Assembly (NCBI RefSeq): GCF_030254645.1
Contig: NZ_CP116346.1
Span: 2,419,973-2,483,972, forward strand
Reading direction: 5' to 3'
Length of the DNA: 64,000 nucleotides
Origin: Paucibacter sediminis
Lineage (GTDB): Bacteria > Pseudomonadota > Gammaproteobacteria > Burkholderiales > Burkholderiaceae_C
Shown: positions 28,108 to 35,922 of the stretch, piece by piece
Numbering within the stretch: the first letter of the stretch is position 1
How the letters are laid out: each line of letters opens with the position of its first letter
The notes under the pieces: generated by a model
What the model saw: only the letters and a program-made list of their open reading frames with translations
What the model was told of the DNA's origin: nothing
Database searches by the model: none
Program-made: the position numbers and the translations under genes

Positions 28108-28509
28108 TCAAGCATCGCTCACGGTCTCGTGCTCGGCAGGAATGAAGATCTCGAGCAGTTCGCAATCCTCGGACCATCCGACCACGGTGTGGCGGATGTT
28201 GGGTGGCTGCACCCAGCTCGAGCCCGCATGCAGCCGGCGCCGGCCGACACCCTCAAACTCGGTCTCGAACCACCCTCTCAGGCAGTAGACCATCTGGAAC
28301 TGCACGTCATGGCGATGACGGACGCTCAACTCGGGCCGGTAGGGCTCGATCATGCGGATCACATGCGCTCGCGCGAGGCCGTTCGTCGCCTCAGCGACAC
28401 CCAGATCACGATAGGACGAGTAGCTGCGTAGCCCCCCGGTCTTGAAGGCAGCCTCGTCATGGTGGCTGAGGACGAAGTGGTGCTGCTCGTTGGATGACGG
28501 CGTGTTCAT
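28108..28509 (-). CDS. Cupin-domain protein
   Basis: GGAG RBS. 133 aa with a two-motif cupin pattern (HRHDVQFQMVYCLRGWFETEFEG...HAGSSWVQPPNIRHTV). Confidence 0.55.
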   Translation of the reverse strand: MNTPSSNEQHHFVLSHHDEAAFKTGGLRSYSSYRDLGVAEATNGLARAHVIRMIEPYRPELSVRHRHDVQFQMVYCLRGWFETEFEGVGRRRLHAGSSWVQPPNIRHTVVGWSEDCELLEIFIPAEHETVSDA

Positions 28510-28988
28510 GTGAGCTCCAGTGACTGCCCGAATTCCGATCAGACCTCGCGACAGCGAGCTTGGCAATCCTAAGACCACGCTTGCAGCGCTCATCGGGGCT
28601 GTCTGCAGGCGTGCGCTGGGCCAGCGTTCAAGGGTTGCGGATTTGATCGGGCGCGCGGCGTACATGACGAGCGACGGTATTTGGACTTCCATGTCCACGC
28701 AGCCCAGGCGCTCACAGACCTGGACCAGGCCGAGCTGTCTGTCACTGATGCCAGCGCCAAACTGTTCGGCACGATCCGCCTCGCTGCGCCGATCGTGCTT
28801 AGTCCATAGGCAGATCTAGCGCGGGCCGCCTAATGCTCCCGTTCTTTACGAAGTTACCGTAGGAGAGCGGCGGAGTGCTCCTGGGCTTCAGCGATCTCAA
28901 CCCGGGCGAGGCCGTCATCGTCGATTTCCTGCCACTGCCGCCGGACGCTCGCCACAGCACAGGGCACTTCGAGCGAGGCGTCGAAGGG

Positions 28989-29354
28989 TTACTGGTGGAA
29001 CGTCTTCAGCAATTGCTTCAAGCGTTTTCGTCCGTCGCTATTCGTCTCGCGAAACGTCTTCAGCGCCAGTGCCAGGAACTGCTGTTCTCCTGGTGACAGA
29101 CCCGTTGGCTCGCGCTCTTCGTCCAGCCACCCGGGCTCCTTGCTGCAATGCTGCTCGATCTGTCGAGCCAGCTTGTCGCCGATCGGCCGAGCGCCGCTCT
29201 TGGCCATGGACCAGGTGGCGCTACTCACCTCGATCTTGCTTGCCCAGGCCGACTCAAGTCCCTTGGGTGGGTCGCCGGCGGCGATGCGTTCTTCCGCAAA
29301 AGTCTGGAAGAGCGCAATGGCGTTGAGTCGGCGAAATGTAGAGATGCTGGACAC
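28989..29354 (-). CDS. Hypothetical protein, possible HTH regulator
   Basis: 121 aa. Helix-turn-helix-like segment KIEVSSATWSMAKSGARPIGDKLARQIE. Lower GC. No family assigned. Confidence 0.35.
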   Translation of the reverse strand: MSSISTFRRLNAIALFQTFAEERIAAGDPPKGLESAWASKIEVSSATWSMAKSGARPIGDKLARQIEQHCSKEPGWLDEEREPTGLSPGEQQFLALALKTFRETNSDGRKRLKQLLKTFHQ

Positions 29355-29876
29355 GGCGTGTGTTGTTAAAACACTTCACATGCATTCTAGGGGATCGAAG
29401 GAGTTGACGGGGCCGTGAACACTCTTCACAATTCATCCATTCGTTAATTCACCCCAACCCGCCAGGTCTCATCATGCTTCGCACAGCCTACGTCACCAAC
29501 GCCAAGCGCCCCCTTTCGGGTGAGATGGCTGTGTGCTTCGCTGCGGCTCGCCATGAGATTGCGCTGGCACTGAGCCAGCCGCGCCAAGACCGATACGAAG
29601 GTGAATCAATGCTACCGGGGAAGGCTCCAGCCCGCTGAAGCTTTCGTACTCCAGGGATCCGTCGATCCCATGAAGCCCGGTCTCCTGCAGGAACCGGGCT
29701 TTTTGTTTGGCTCCTGCGAATCGGATTGATGCCATCTCGGGTGTGCCCGTGCACAAGCACCGGCCGGCCCGGTGCGCATGTGTGCCCAAGCACGTTCTGC
29801 AGACGGAGCCGGCATGCAGCGGTCAAGACAAGCCTTGCTTGCCTGGGTCGCGTGCGGACACAGCCGAGATGCCATC

Positions 29877-29953
29877 GCCTCGTTAGCTCAGTGGATCAGA
29901 GCGTCGGCCTACGAAGCCGGAGGCCGGAGGTTCGACTCCTTCACGAGGCACCA
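29877..29953 (+). tRNA. tRNA-Arg (anticodon ACG)
   Basis: Clean cloverleaf: acceptor GCCTCGT/ACGAGGC, D-arm GCTC..GAGC, anticodon loop CTACGAA, T-arm GGAGG-TTCGACT-CCTTC, CCA encoded. Confidence 0.85.
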
Positions 29954-29965
29954 GTTTTCATTTCT

Positions 29966-30040
29966 GTCCCGTTGGACTTCCGGTGAGGTCCTCGGCCCTT
30001 CAAGCCGAAGAGGCGGGTTCGACTCCCGCACGGGATACCA
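29966..30040 (+). tRNA. Aberrant tRNA-like gene (anticodon position reads TTC, C33 instead of U33, selC-like D-loop TCCGGTGAGG)
   Basis: Folds with a 7-bp acceptor (one G.U pair), T-arm GCGGG-TTCGACT-CCCGC and CCA, but the anticodon loop CCTTCAA is non-canonical. Possible pseudo-tRNA. Confidence 0.4.
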
Positions 30041-30142
30041 GATCAAAAGCCTGTCGTCGAGCTCGCGCTTCGACAGGCGCAAACCGGCCGCAACGATTGG
30101 GCGGCGTCGGAACCCGTCACCGACAGCTATAGCGAGCAAGAC

Positions 30143-30218
30143 CCGTGTGTAGCGCAACTGGTAGCGCATCTGCTTTGGGAGCAGGCGGTTGCAGGTTCAA
30201 GTCCTGCCGCACGGACCA
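30143..30218 (+). tRNA. tRNA-Pro (anticodon TGG)
   Basis: Acceptor CCGTGTG/CGCACGG (one G.U), D-arm GCGC-AACTGGTA-GCGC, anticodon loop TTTGGGA, T-arm GCAGG-TTCAAGT-CCTGC, CCA. Confidence 0.85.
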
Positions 30219-30228
30219 GGAGAAACAT

Positions 30229-30304
30229 GTCGCCATAGCTCAGTTGGAAGAGCAGCGGGTTTTGATCCCGCAGGTCGCAGGTTCGAACCCTGCCGCCCCT
30301 GCCA
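30229..30304 (+). pseudogene. Chimeric tRNA-Gln(TTG)-like sequence with non-pairing 5' acceptor strand
   Basis: Anticodon arm GCGGG-TTTTGAT-CCCGC, T-arm and 3' CGCCCCT-G-CCA match betaproteobacterial tRNA-Gln. The 5' strand GTCGCCA cannot pair with CGCCCCT, and the D-arm is of the Thr/Ala type. Confidence 0.45.
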
Positions 30305-30344
30305 GAACACATGAATCGTGCCCAGTCACAGAAAGGAGGACGCC

Positions 30345-30905
30345 ATGCACGACGTATTGCAGCTGGACATCATCGGCCAGCCTCAGGCCTGGATCTCGAT
30401 CAAGCAGGCGGCCGTCCATGTGGCTACGCGCTCGGTCGCCTGGTCGATCGGAGAACTGCCACTGGCTGTGCTGCGTGGTGGAACGAACGTTCGCAGCGGC
30501 CAGCAGTCGATCCTCGAGGTACCGGCCATCCTGGCTCTCAGCGGCAACTCGCGTCTGAATCTGTTCGACATGACGCCAAGCTTCAACAAGGCCAAGGTGA
30601 TCCGGCGCGACCGCCAGACCTGCGCCTACTGCGGCGATGCGCATGATGTGCGCTGCCTCACGGTCGACCACATCCTGCCGGCATCGCGTGGCGGGCCGCT
30701 CAGCTGGATGAACACGGTCGCTGCCTGCCGCGCCTGCAATGCGCGCAAGGCCGACCGCACGCCCGAGGAAGCCGGGATGCCGCTGCTGTTCACGCCCTAC
30801 GTGCCCAGCCGTTTCGAGGACTTCCTGCTCAAGGGCAGGCGGATCCGCGCGGACGTGCACGAGTGGCTGGCCGCGCGGCTACCGAAAGAATCGCGTCTGA
30901 GCTGA
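30345..30905 (+). CDS. HNH endonuclease
   Basis: AAGGAGGA RBS. Motif CAYCG...LTVDHILPASRGG...ACRACNARK (C-x2-C ... H ... H ... N ... C-x2-C). 186 aa. Embedded in the tRNA array. Confidence 0.8.
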   Translation: MHDVLQLDIIGQPQAWISIKQAAVHVATRSVAWSIGELPLAVLRGGTNVRSGQQSILEVPAILALSGNSRLNLFDMTPSFNKAKVIRRDRQTCAYCGDAHDVRCLTVDHILPASRGGPLSWMNTVAACRACNARKADRTPEEAGMPLLFTPYVPSRFEDFLLKGRRIRADVHEWLAARLPKESRLS

Positions 30906-31037
30906 CCCACCCGGTCGGCCCAGACGCCCACAGATCTGCCTTGGAAGGTAGGGCTCACAGCTTGGGGGTTCCACCCCACCGGTGCGTTGTGGCCGGGCTC
31001 GTCCCGTCGCTATGACGCATGCCGCCCTGCTGAAAGG

Positions 31038-31101
31038 GGCCGATACGGTGAAACACGGTTGTCCTGCAAGGGTTCGGGTTCGACTCCCGGGTTCGCCACC
31101 A
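31038..31101 (+). other. tRNA-like 3' fragment (acceptor-like stem GGCCGAT/GTTCGCC + T-arm TCGGG-TTCGACT-CCCGG + ACCA), no D/anticodon arms
   Basis: Ends ...GGGTTCGCCACCA. Only ~27 nt lie between the 5' acceptor-like strand and the T-arm. Its CCA abuts or overlaps the start of the downstream tRNA-Thr-like gene. Confidence 0.4.
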
Positions 31102-31173
31102 CTGGATAGCTCAGTCGGGTAGAGCAACGGATTCGTAATCCGTGTGTCGTGGGTTCGACGCCCACTCCACCAA
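31100..31173 (+). tRNA. tRNA-Thr (anticodon CGT)-like, first three acceptor pairs disrupted, no encoded CCA
   Basis: D-arm GCTC-AGTCGGGTA-GAGC, anticodon loop TTCGTAA, T-arm GTGGG-TTCGACG-CCCAC. The 3' acceptor TCCACCA needs a 5' TGGTGGA, but CACTGGA is found (positions 1-3 mismatched). Likely truncated or pseudo. Confidence 0.45.
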
Positions 31174-31432
31174 TGGCCTGTCACGCCAGTGAAAGAAGCG
31201 GTCGCAAGACCAACCCGCCGAACGTGCCGGCCTGCCCTCGGGTAAACCGGCATCAGCGCGGCCACCCGTGCTTCGGGCACGCGGGGCCTGCGTCCACGGC
31301 CAGTTCGAAGTGTGTCCAGGGAGGGCATGCCGACGACGCGCCGCGGCACCCAGTCCCAGGCATCCGGGGTCCGTGGCCGTGCTGTAACGGCACCCCTATT
31401 CAAACAACACGCTGCAAAACAAGGAGAACCTC

Positions 31433-32569
31433 ATGATGATCAAGCGTGTCACTGTGAAGAAGAACGAGCGCGGCCTGCTGCTGCGCAATGGTGATTTCGA
31501 GCGCGTGCTGCAACCCGGCACGCACTGGCTGTTCGCCGGCCTGGACCAGCTTCAGGTCGAGCTGTTTGCCATTGGAGCGCCGGCCTTCGTGCACCCTCTG
31601 ACCGATTACCTGCTGGCCAAGGAGCCGGCGGTGGTCGAGGCCGAGTTCGTGCGCGTCGAGTTGAACGCCAACCAGGTTGGCCTGCGTAGCGAGAACGGCG
31701 TGCTGGTTGAGCTGCTGCCGCCCGACACGCGGCGCCTGTACTGGAAGGGTCTGGTGGATGTGCGGGTCGAGGTGATCGACCTAGCGAGCTCCATCGAGCT
31801 GTCCCCGGCGCTCACCGCTCGGCTGCTGCAGACCCAGTTACGCCCACGGAGCATCACCGGCCTGGCCGGCGCGCTGCAAGTGGTCGTGCCGGAGCACGGC
31901 GCCGGCCTGCTGTGGGTCGACGGCAAGGTCGAGCGGCTGCTTGGCGCTGGCTCGTTCGCGTTCTGGAAGTTCAACCGCAACGTGAGCGTGGATCTGGTGG
32001 ACCTGCGGCTGCAGGCTGTCGAGGTGACGGGGCAGGAAATCCTGACCCGCGACAAGGTGGCTCTGCGGCTCAACCTCTCGGCCACCTGGCGCTACTCGGA
32101 CGTGCTGAGCGCCTACAAGGCCTTGGCCAAGCCGGCCGAGCATCTGTACCGTGAGCTGCAGTTCGGTCTGCGCGCGGCGGTGGGCACGCGCTCGCTCGAT
32201 GAGCTGCTCGAAAACAAGGGCGTCATTGACGAGGTGGTGACCGCCCAGGTCAAGGCCAAGCTCGCGGCGCTCGGGCTCGAGCTGACCAGCGTCGGCGTGA
32301 AGGACATCGTGCTGCCGGGCGAGATGAAGACCATCCTTGCCCAGGTGGTGGAGGCCGGGAAGTCGGCCGAAGCCAACGTGATCCGCCGCCGCGAGGAAAC
32401 CGCCGCGACCCGTTCGCTGCTGAACACCGCCAAGGTGATGGAGGACAACCCCGTCGCCCTGCGCCTCAAGGAGCTGGAAACCCTGGAGCGCGTGGCGGAG
32501 CGCATCGACAAGATCTCCGTCTTCGGAGGTCTGGACCAGGTGCTCAATGGGCTGGTGAAGCTGCGTTGA
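31433..32569 (+). CDS. SPFH/band-7 (slipin/HflC-like) domain protein
   Basis: AAGGAGA RBS. 378 aa with a recognisable SPFH domain (...ILTRDKVALRLNLSATWRY...LQFGLRAAVGTRSLDELLENK...) and a C-terminal coiled-coil. Confidence 0.75.
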   Translation: MMIKRVTVKKNERGLLLRNGDFERVLQPGTHWLFAGLDQLQVELFAIGAPAFVHPLTDYLLAKEPAVVEAEFVRVELNANQVGLRSENGVLVELLPPDTRRLYWKGLVDVRVEVIDLASSIELSPALTARLLQTQLRPRSITGLAGALQVVVPEHGAGLLWVDGKVERLLGAGSFAFWKFNRNVSVDLVDLRLQAVEVTGQEILTRDKVALRLNLSATWRYSDVLSAYKALAKPAEHLYRELQFGLRAAVGTRSLDELLENKGVIDEVVTAQVKAKLAALGLELTSVGVKDIVLPGEMKTILAQVVEAGKSAEANVIRRREETAATRSLLNTAKVMEDNPVALRLKELETLERVAERIDKISVFGGLDQVLNGLVKLR

Positions 32570-32633
32570 GTGCCGCCCCGGCCTGGCTCAATTTGAATCT
32601 CGCCCGGCTGGGGCTCTACATTGGAACAACATC

Positions 32634-33851
32634 ATGGAAGCTCAACACATTCACGAAGACGTCCCAGGCGGTGTGCCGCTGAAGATGTGGACGCGTGGCG
32701 TGCCCGTCGAGTCCGAGGCCAAGCGCCAGCTCACCAACGCGGCGCGCCTGCCCATCGTCTTCAAGCACATCGCCGCGATGCCTGACGTGCACTTCGGCAT
32801 CGGTGCCACGGTGGGCTCGGTCATCCCGACCATCAAGGCCATCATTCCGGCGGCCGTGGGCGTGGACATCGGCTGCGGCATGATCGCCTGCAAGACCACG
32901 CTGCGCGCCGAAGACCTGCCCGACAACCTCGCCCCGCTGCGCGCAGCCATTGAGCGCGCAGTGCCGCATGGCCGCGTGCCCGGCAACCGTGACCCGGGCG
33001 CCTGGCAAAAGCCGCCGGGCTCGGTGGATACGGCCTGGGCGCAGCTCGAGCCCGAGTTCGCTGAGCTTTGCCGCAACTACCCCAAGCTGGAAAAGACCAA
33101 CCATCACAAGCACCTGGGAACGCTCGGTGGCGGCAACCACTTCATCGAGGTCTGCCTGGACGAAGCTGGCGCGGTCTGGTTCATGCTGCATTCGGGCTCG
33201 CGCGGCGTGGGCAATGCCATCGGCACGATGTTCATCGAACTGGCCAAGCAGGACGCGATGCGCCATCAGGCCAACCTGCCTGACCGCGACCTGGCCTACT
33301 TCGAGGAAGGCAGCCGCTACTTTGGCGACTATGTCCGTGCCGTGAGCTGGGCTCAGAAGTACGCCGCTATGAACCGTGAGGTCATGATGCGCCGCGTCAT
33401 CGAGGCTGCAAAGACGGTCCTGCACAAGAACTTCCAGAGCCACATCGAGGCGGTGAACTGCCACCACAACTATGTGCAGCGCGAGCAGCACTTCGGCGAG
33501 GACGTGTTCGTGACCCGCAAGGGTGCGGTGAGCGCCAAGGCAGGCCAGCTGGGCATCATCCCGGGCAGCATGGGCGCGCGCAGCTACATCGTGCGCGGCA
33601 AGGGCAACCCGGAGTCCTTCGAGTCCTGCTCACATGGCGCGGGCCGCGTCATGAGCCGTGGCGATGCCAAGCGCAGCTTCACGCTAGCCGACCACCGCGC
33701 GGCCACGGAAGGCGTCGAGTGCCGCAAGGACAAGGACGTGCTGGATGAAACGCCCGCGGCTTACAAGGACATCGATGCCGTCATGGCCGCGCAGGCGAAC
33801 CTGGTCGACGTGGTGCATACGTTGAAGCAGGTGGTTTGTGTGAAGGGTTGA
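32634..33851 (+). CDS. rtcB: RNA-splicing ligase RtcB (3'-phosphate/5'-OH RNA ligase)
   Basis: 405 aa with hallmark motifs GGGNHFIEV, HSGSRGVGN, and C-terminal SHGAGRVMSR containing the guanylylated His. Confidence 0.9.
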   Translation: MEAQHIHEDVPGGVPLKMWTRGVPVESEAKRQLTNAARLPIVFKHIAAMPDVHFGIGATVGSVIPTIKAIIPAAVGVDIGCGMIACKTTLRAEDLPDNLAPLRAAIERAVPHGRVPGNRDPGAWQKPPGSVDTAWAQLEPEFAELCRNYPKLEKTNHHKHLGTLGGGNHFIEVCLDEAGAVWFMLHSGSRGVGNAIGTMFIELAKQDAMRHQANLPDRDLAYFEEGSRYFGDYVRAVSWAQKYAAMNREVMMRRVIEAAKTVLHKNFQSHIEAVNCHHNYVQREQHFGEDVFVTRKGAVSAKAGQLGIIPGSMGARSYIVRGKGNPESFESCSHGAGRVMSRGDAKRSFTLADHRAATEGVECRKDKDVLDETPAAYKDIDAVMAAQANLVDVVHTLKQVVCVKG

Positions 33852-33982
33852 GCCGCAGGGCTGCTCGGATGTTGTCTCCCGGCTTGACCATGGCGCCGCG
33901 CGAGGTCTCGAACACTTTCGGGAACGCAACCCCCGGATTCCGCATCCAATGGGCAACACTCGCAAACTCCGGTGAACGCACC

Positions 33983-34747
33983 ATGCCAGCCAAGCTCGCC
34001 ATACCCGCCATTAGCCACGCCCAAGCGCATCCCGCCAGTCAGGCGGATGGCGAACTCGCGCGCCTTGCCGCGGGCGGGGACGAGGCCGCCTTCGAGGCCT
34101 TGATGCGGCGCCACAACCGGCGCCTGTTCCGCACCGCGCGCAGCATCGTGAAGTGCGACGAGGAAGCCGAGGACGCGTTGCAGGAGGCCTATCTGCGGGC
34201 CTGGTCCGCCTTGCCCGGCTTCCGTGCCGAGGCGCAGTTGTCCACCTGGCTGGTGCGCATCGTGGCCAACGAAGCCCTGGGGCGGCTGCGCAAGCGTGCC
34301 CGCGGCGCACAGGTGATTGCCTTGGAGGGTCTGGCCATGCCGTCCGACGATGAGTCCGCTGCGTCGACGACGCTCGAAGCGCTGATGAGCGATCCTGCCG
34401 CGCAGGAGCAGCCCGAGCGGCTGGCGATGCGCGGGCAGATGCGCCAGCTCATCGAGGCGCGCATCGATCAGCTGCCCGCCCTGTTCCGCACGGTGTTCGT
34501 GCTTCGCGCCGTCGAGGAGATGAGCGTGGAGGAGGTGGCCCTGGCGCTGCAGTTGCCGGCCGCCACGGTGCGCACCCGCTTCTTCCGCGCCCGCGCCCTG
34601 CTGCGCGAAGCGCTCTCGCAGGACATGGACGTCGCAACCGGCGACGCCTTCTCCTTCGACGGCGCGCGCTGCGACCGCATCGTCGCCGCGGTGCTGTCAC
34701 GCCTGGCCGCGCAAGCCAGCGCCAGCCCCGCGGCCTCGGACCCCTAG
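33983..34747 (+). CDS. RNA polymerase ECF sigma factor (sigma-70 family, group 4) with ~60-aa C-terminal extension
   Basis: Region 2 (EEAEDALQEAYLRAW...TWLVRIVANEA) and region 4 (LPALFRTVFVLRAVEEMSVEEVALALQLPAATVRTRFFRAR). Confidence 0.75.
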   Translation: MPAKLAIPAISHAQAHPASQADGELARLAAGGDEAAFEALMRRHNRRLFRTARSIVKCDEEAEDALQEAYLRAWSALPGFRAEAQLSTWLVRIVANEALGRLRKRARGAQVIALEGLAMPSDDESAASTTLEALMSDPAAQEQPERLAMRGQMRQLIEARIDQLPALFRTVFVLRAVEEMSVEEVALALQLPAATVRTRFFRARALLREALSQDMDVATGDAFSFDGARCDRIVAAVLSRLAAQASASPAASDP

Positions 34748-34892
34748 CCGCCCGCGCCCGGCCGGCGCCGCCGGCCTCACCCACCCCGTTCGGCACTGAC
34801 GCCAGCGCGCCAGCGCCTGCCCACGCCCCTGCGCGCTCGGTTTTGCAGGGGCATCCACTTCACTCGTTACCACCCCGCGCAAGGAGTTTCAT

Positions 34893-35465
34893 ATGTCGTT
34901 CCTTCAAATCTCGAATCCCGCCATGGCGCGTCGCCTGTTCCTGGGCAGCTCCGGCCTGTCCTTGTCCGGTGCCGCCGTGGCGCTGCTGGCCGGCAAGCAT
35001 GCGCTGGCGGCGGCCAGCCCGGCCGGTTCGACGGCCAATGATGTGCAGATCATCAATACCGCCCTGGGGGCGGAGCTCGAGGCCATCGCGGCCTACCAGC
35101 TGGGCGCGGAGAGCCAGCTGCTGCAAAAGCCGGTGCTGGAGCTGGCGCTCGGCTTCCAGGGCCACCACAAGGAGCATGCGCAGACGCTGGCCAAGGTGGT
35201 GGAGCAGCTCGGCGGCAAGCCCGTCACGGCCAAGCCGGCCTACAACTTCCCGGTGGATCAGCTCAAGACCCAGGCCGATGTGCTGCGCTTTGCGGCGCGG
35301 CTCGAACAGGGCGCCGTGAGTGCCTACCTGGGGGCCGTGCCGCTGTTCGCGGACCGCGCGCTTGCCAAGGCGGCGGCCAGCATCCTCGGCGACGAGGCCA
35401 TGCACTGGGCCATCCTGCGGCAGGCGCTGGGCGAGGTGCCGGTCCCCAGCGCCTTCATGGCGTGA
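34893..35465 (+). CDS. Ferritin-like domain protein with Tat signal peptide
   Basis: AAGGAG RBS. ARRLFLGSSGLSLSGAAVALLA twin-arginine signal. Ferritin-like four-helix pattern (E...E..H / E..MHWA). Confidence 0.6.
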   Translation: MSFLQISNPAMARRLFLGSSGLSLSGAAVALLAGKHALAAASPAGSTANDVQIINTALGAELEAIAAYQLGAESQLLQKPVLELALGFQGHHKEHAQTLAKVVEQLGGKPVTAKPAYNFPVDQLKTQADVLRFAARLEQGAVSAYLGAVPLFADRALAKAAASILGDEAMHWAILRQALGEVPVPSAFMA

Positions 35466-35473
35466 GCCGCCGG

Positions 35474-35917
35474 ATGTGGGCGCGCGCATCCAGTCGGCTG
35501 TGGTGCCAGGTCTTGATCGCCGGCTTGGCCGCCGCGGCCAGCATCACCGCCGTGGCCGGCCCCGGCCAGCAGGCCCCGGATGTGCTGCGCGGCGAGCAGC
35601 TGTACGGGCGCTGCATGGGCTGCCATGCGCCGGCGTACGACAGCGTCGGGCCGCGGCACTGCGGCCTGTTCGGGCGGCGCGCCGGGAGCCTGCCGGGCTA
35701 TGCCTTCAGCGCGGCCATGAAGGCGCAGCCCTGGGTCTGGAATGCCGCCACGCTGGACCGCTTTCTGGCCGCACCGCTGGCGGCCGTACCCGGCACCAGC
35801 ATGACTTACGACGGCATCGCCGACGCGCGGGAGCGGCGCGACCTCATTGCCTACCTTCGCGCGCTGGACGCCAGCCCGCAATGCCGGGCCGCGAGTCCGG
35901 CCAAACATCAGGAGTGA
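35474..35917 (+). CDS. Class I c-type cytochrome (mono-heme)
   Basis: Signal peptide, CMGCH heme-binding motif, distal Met (GTSMTYDG). ~147 aa. Confidence 0.7.
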   Translation: MWARASSRLWCQVLIAGLAAAASITAVAGPGQQAPDVLRGEQLYGRCMGCHAPAYDSVGPRHCGLFGRRAGSLPGYAFSAAMKAQPWVWNAATLDRFLAAPLAAVPGTSMTYDGIADARERRDLIAYLRALDASPQCRAASPAKHQE

Positions 35918-35922
35918 GCGAC

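Noticed and set aside
30240-30860. 206-aa minus-strand ORF overlapping the HNH endonuclease and 29772..30152 ORF overlapping the tRNAs
   Set aside because: The HNH motif set is complete on the plus strand. ORFs running through tRNA genes are spurious.
30905-31101. tmRNA (ssrA) identity for the acceptor/T-arm fragment
   Set aside because: The 5' acceptor-like strand is not the GGGG... tmRNA start and no tag-peptide reading frame or pseudoknot series is evident. It was kept as an unclassified tRNA-like fragment.
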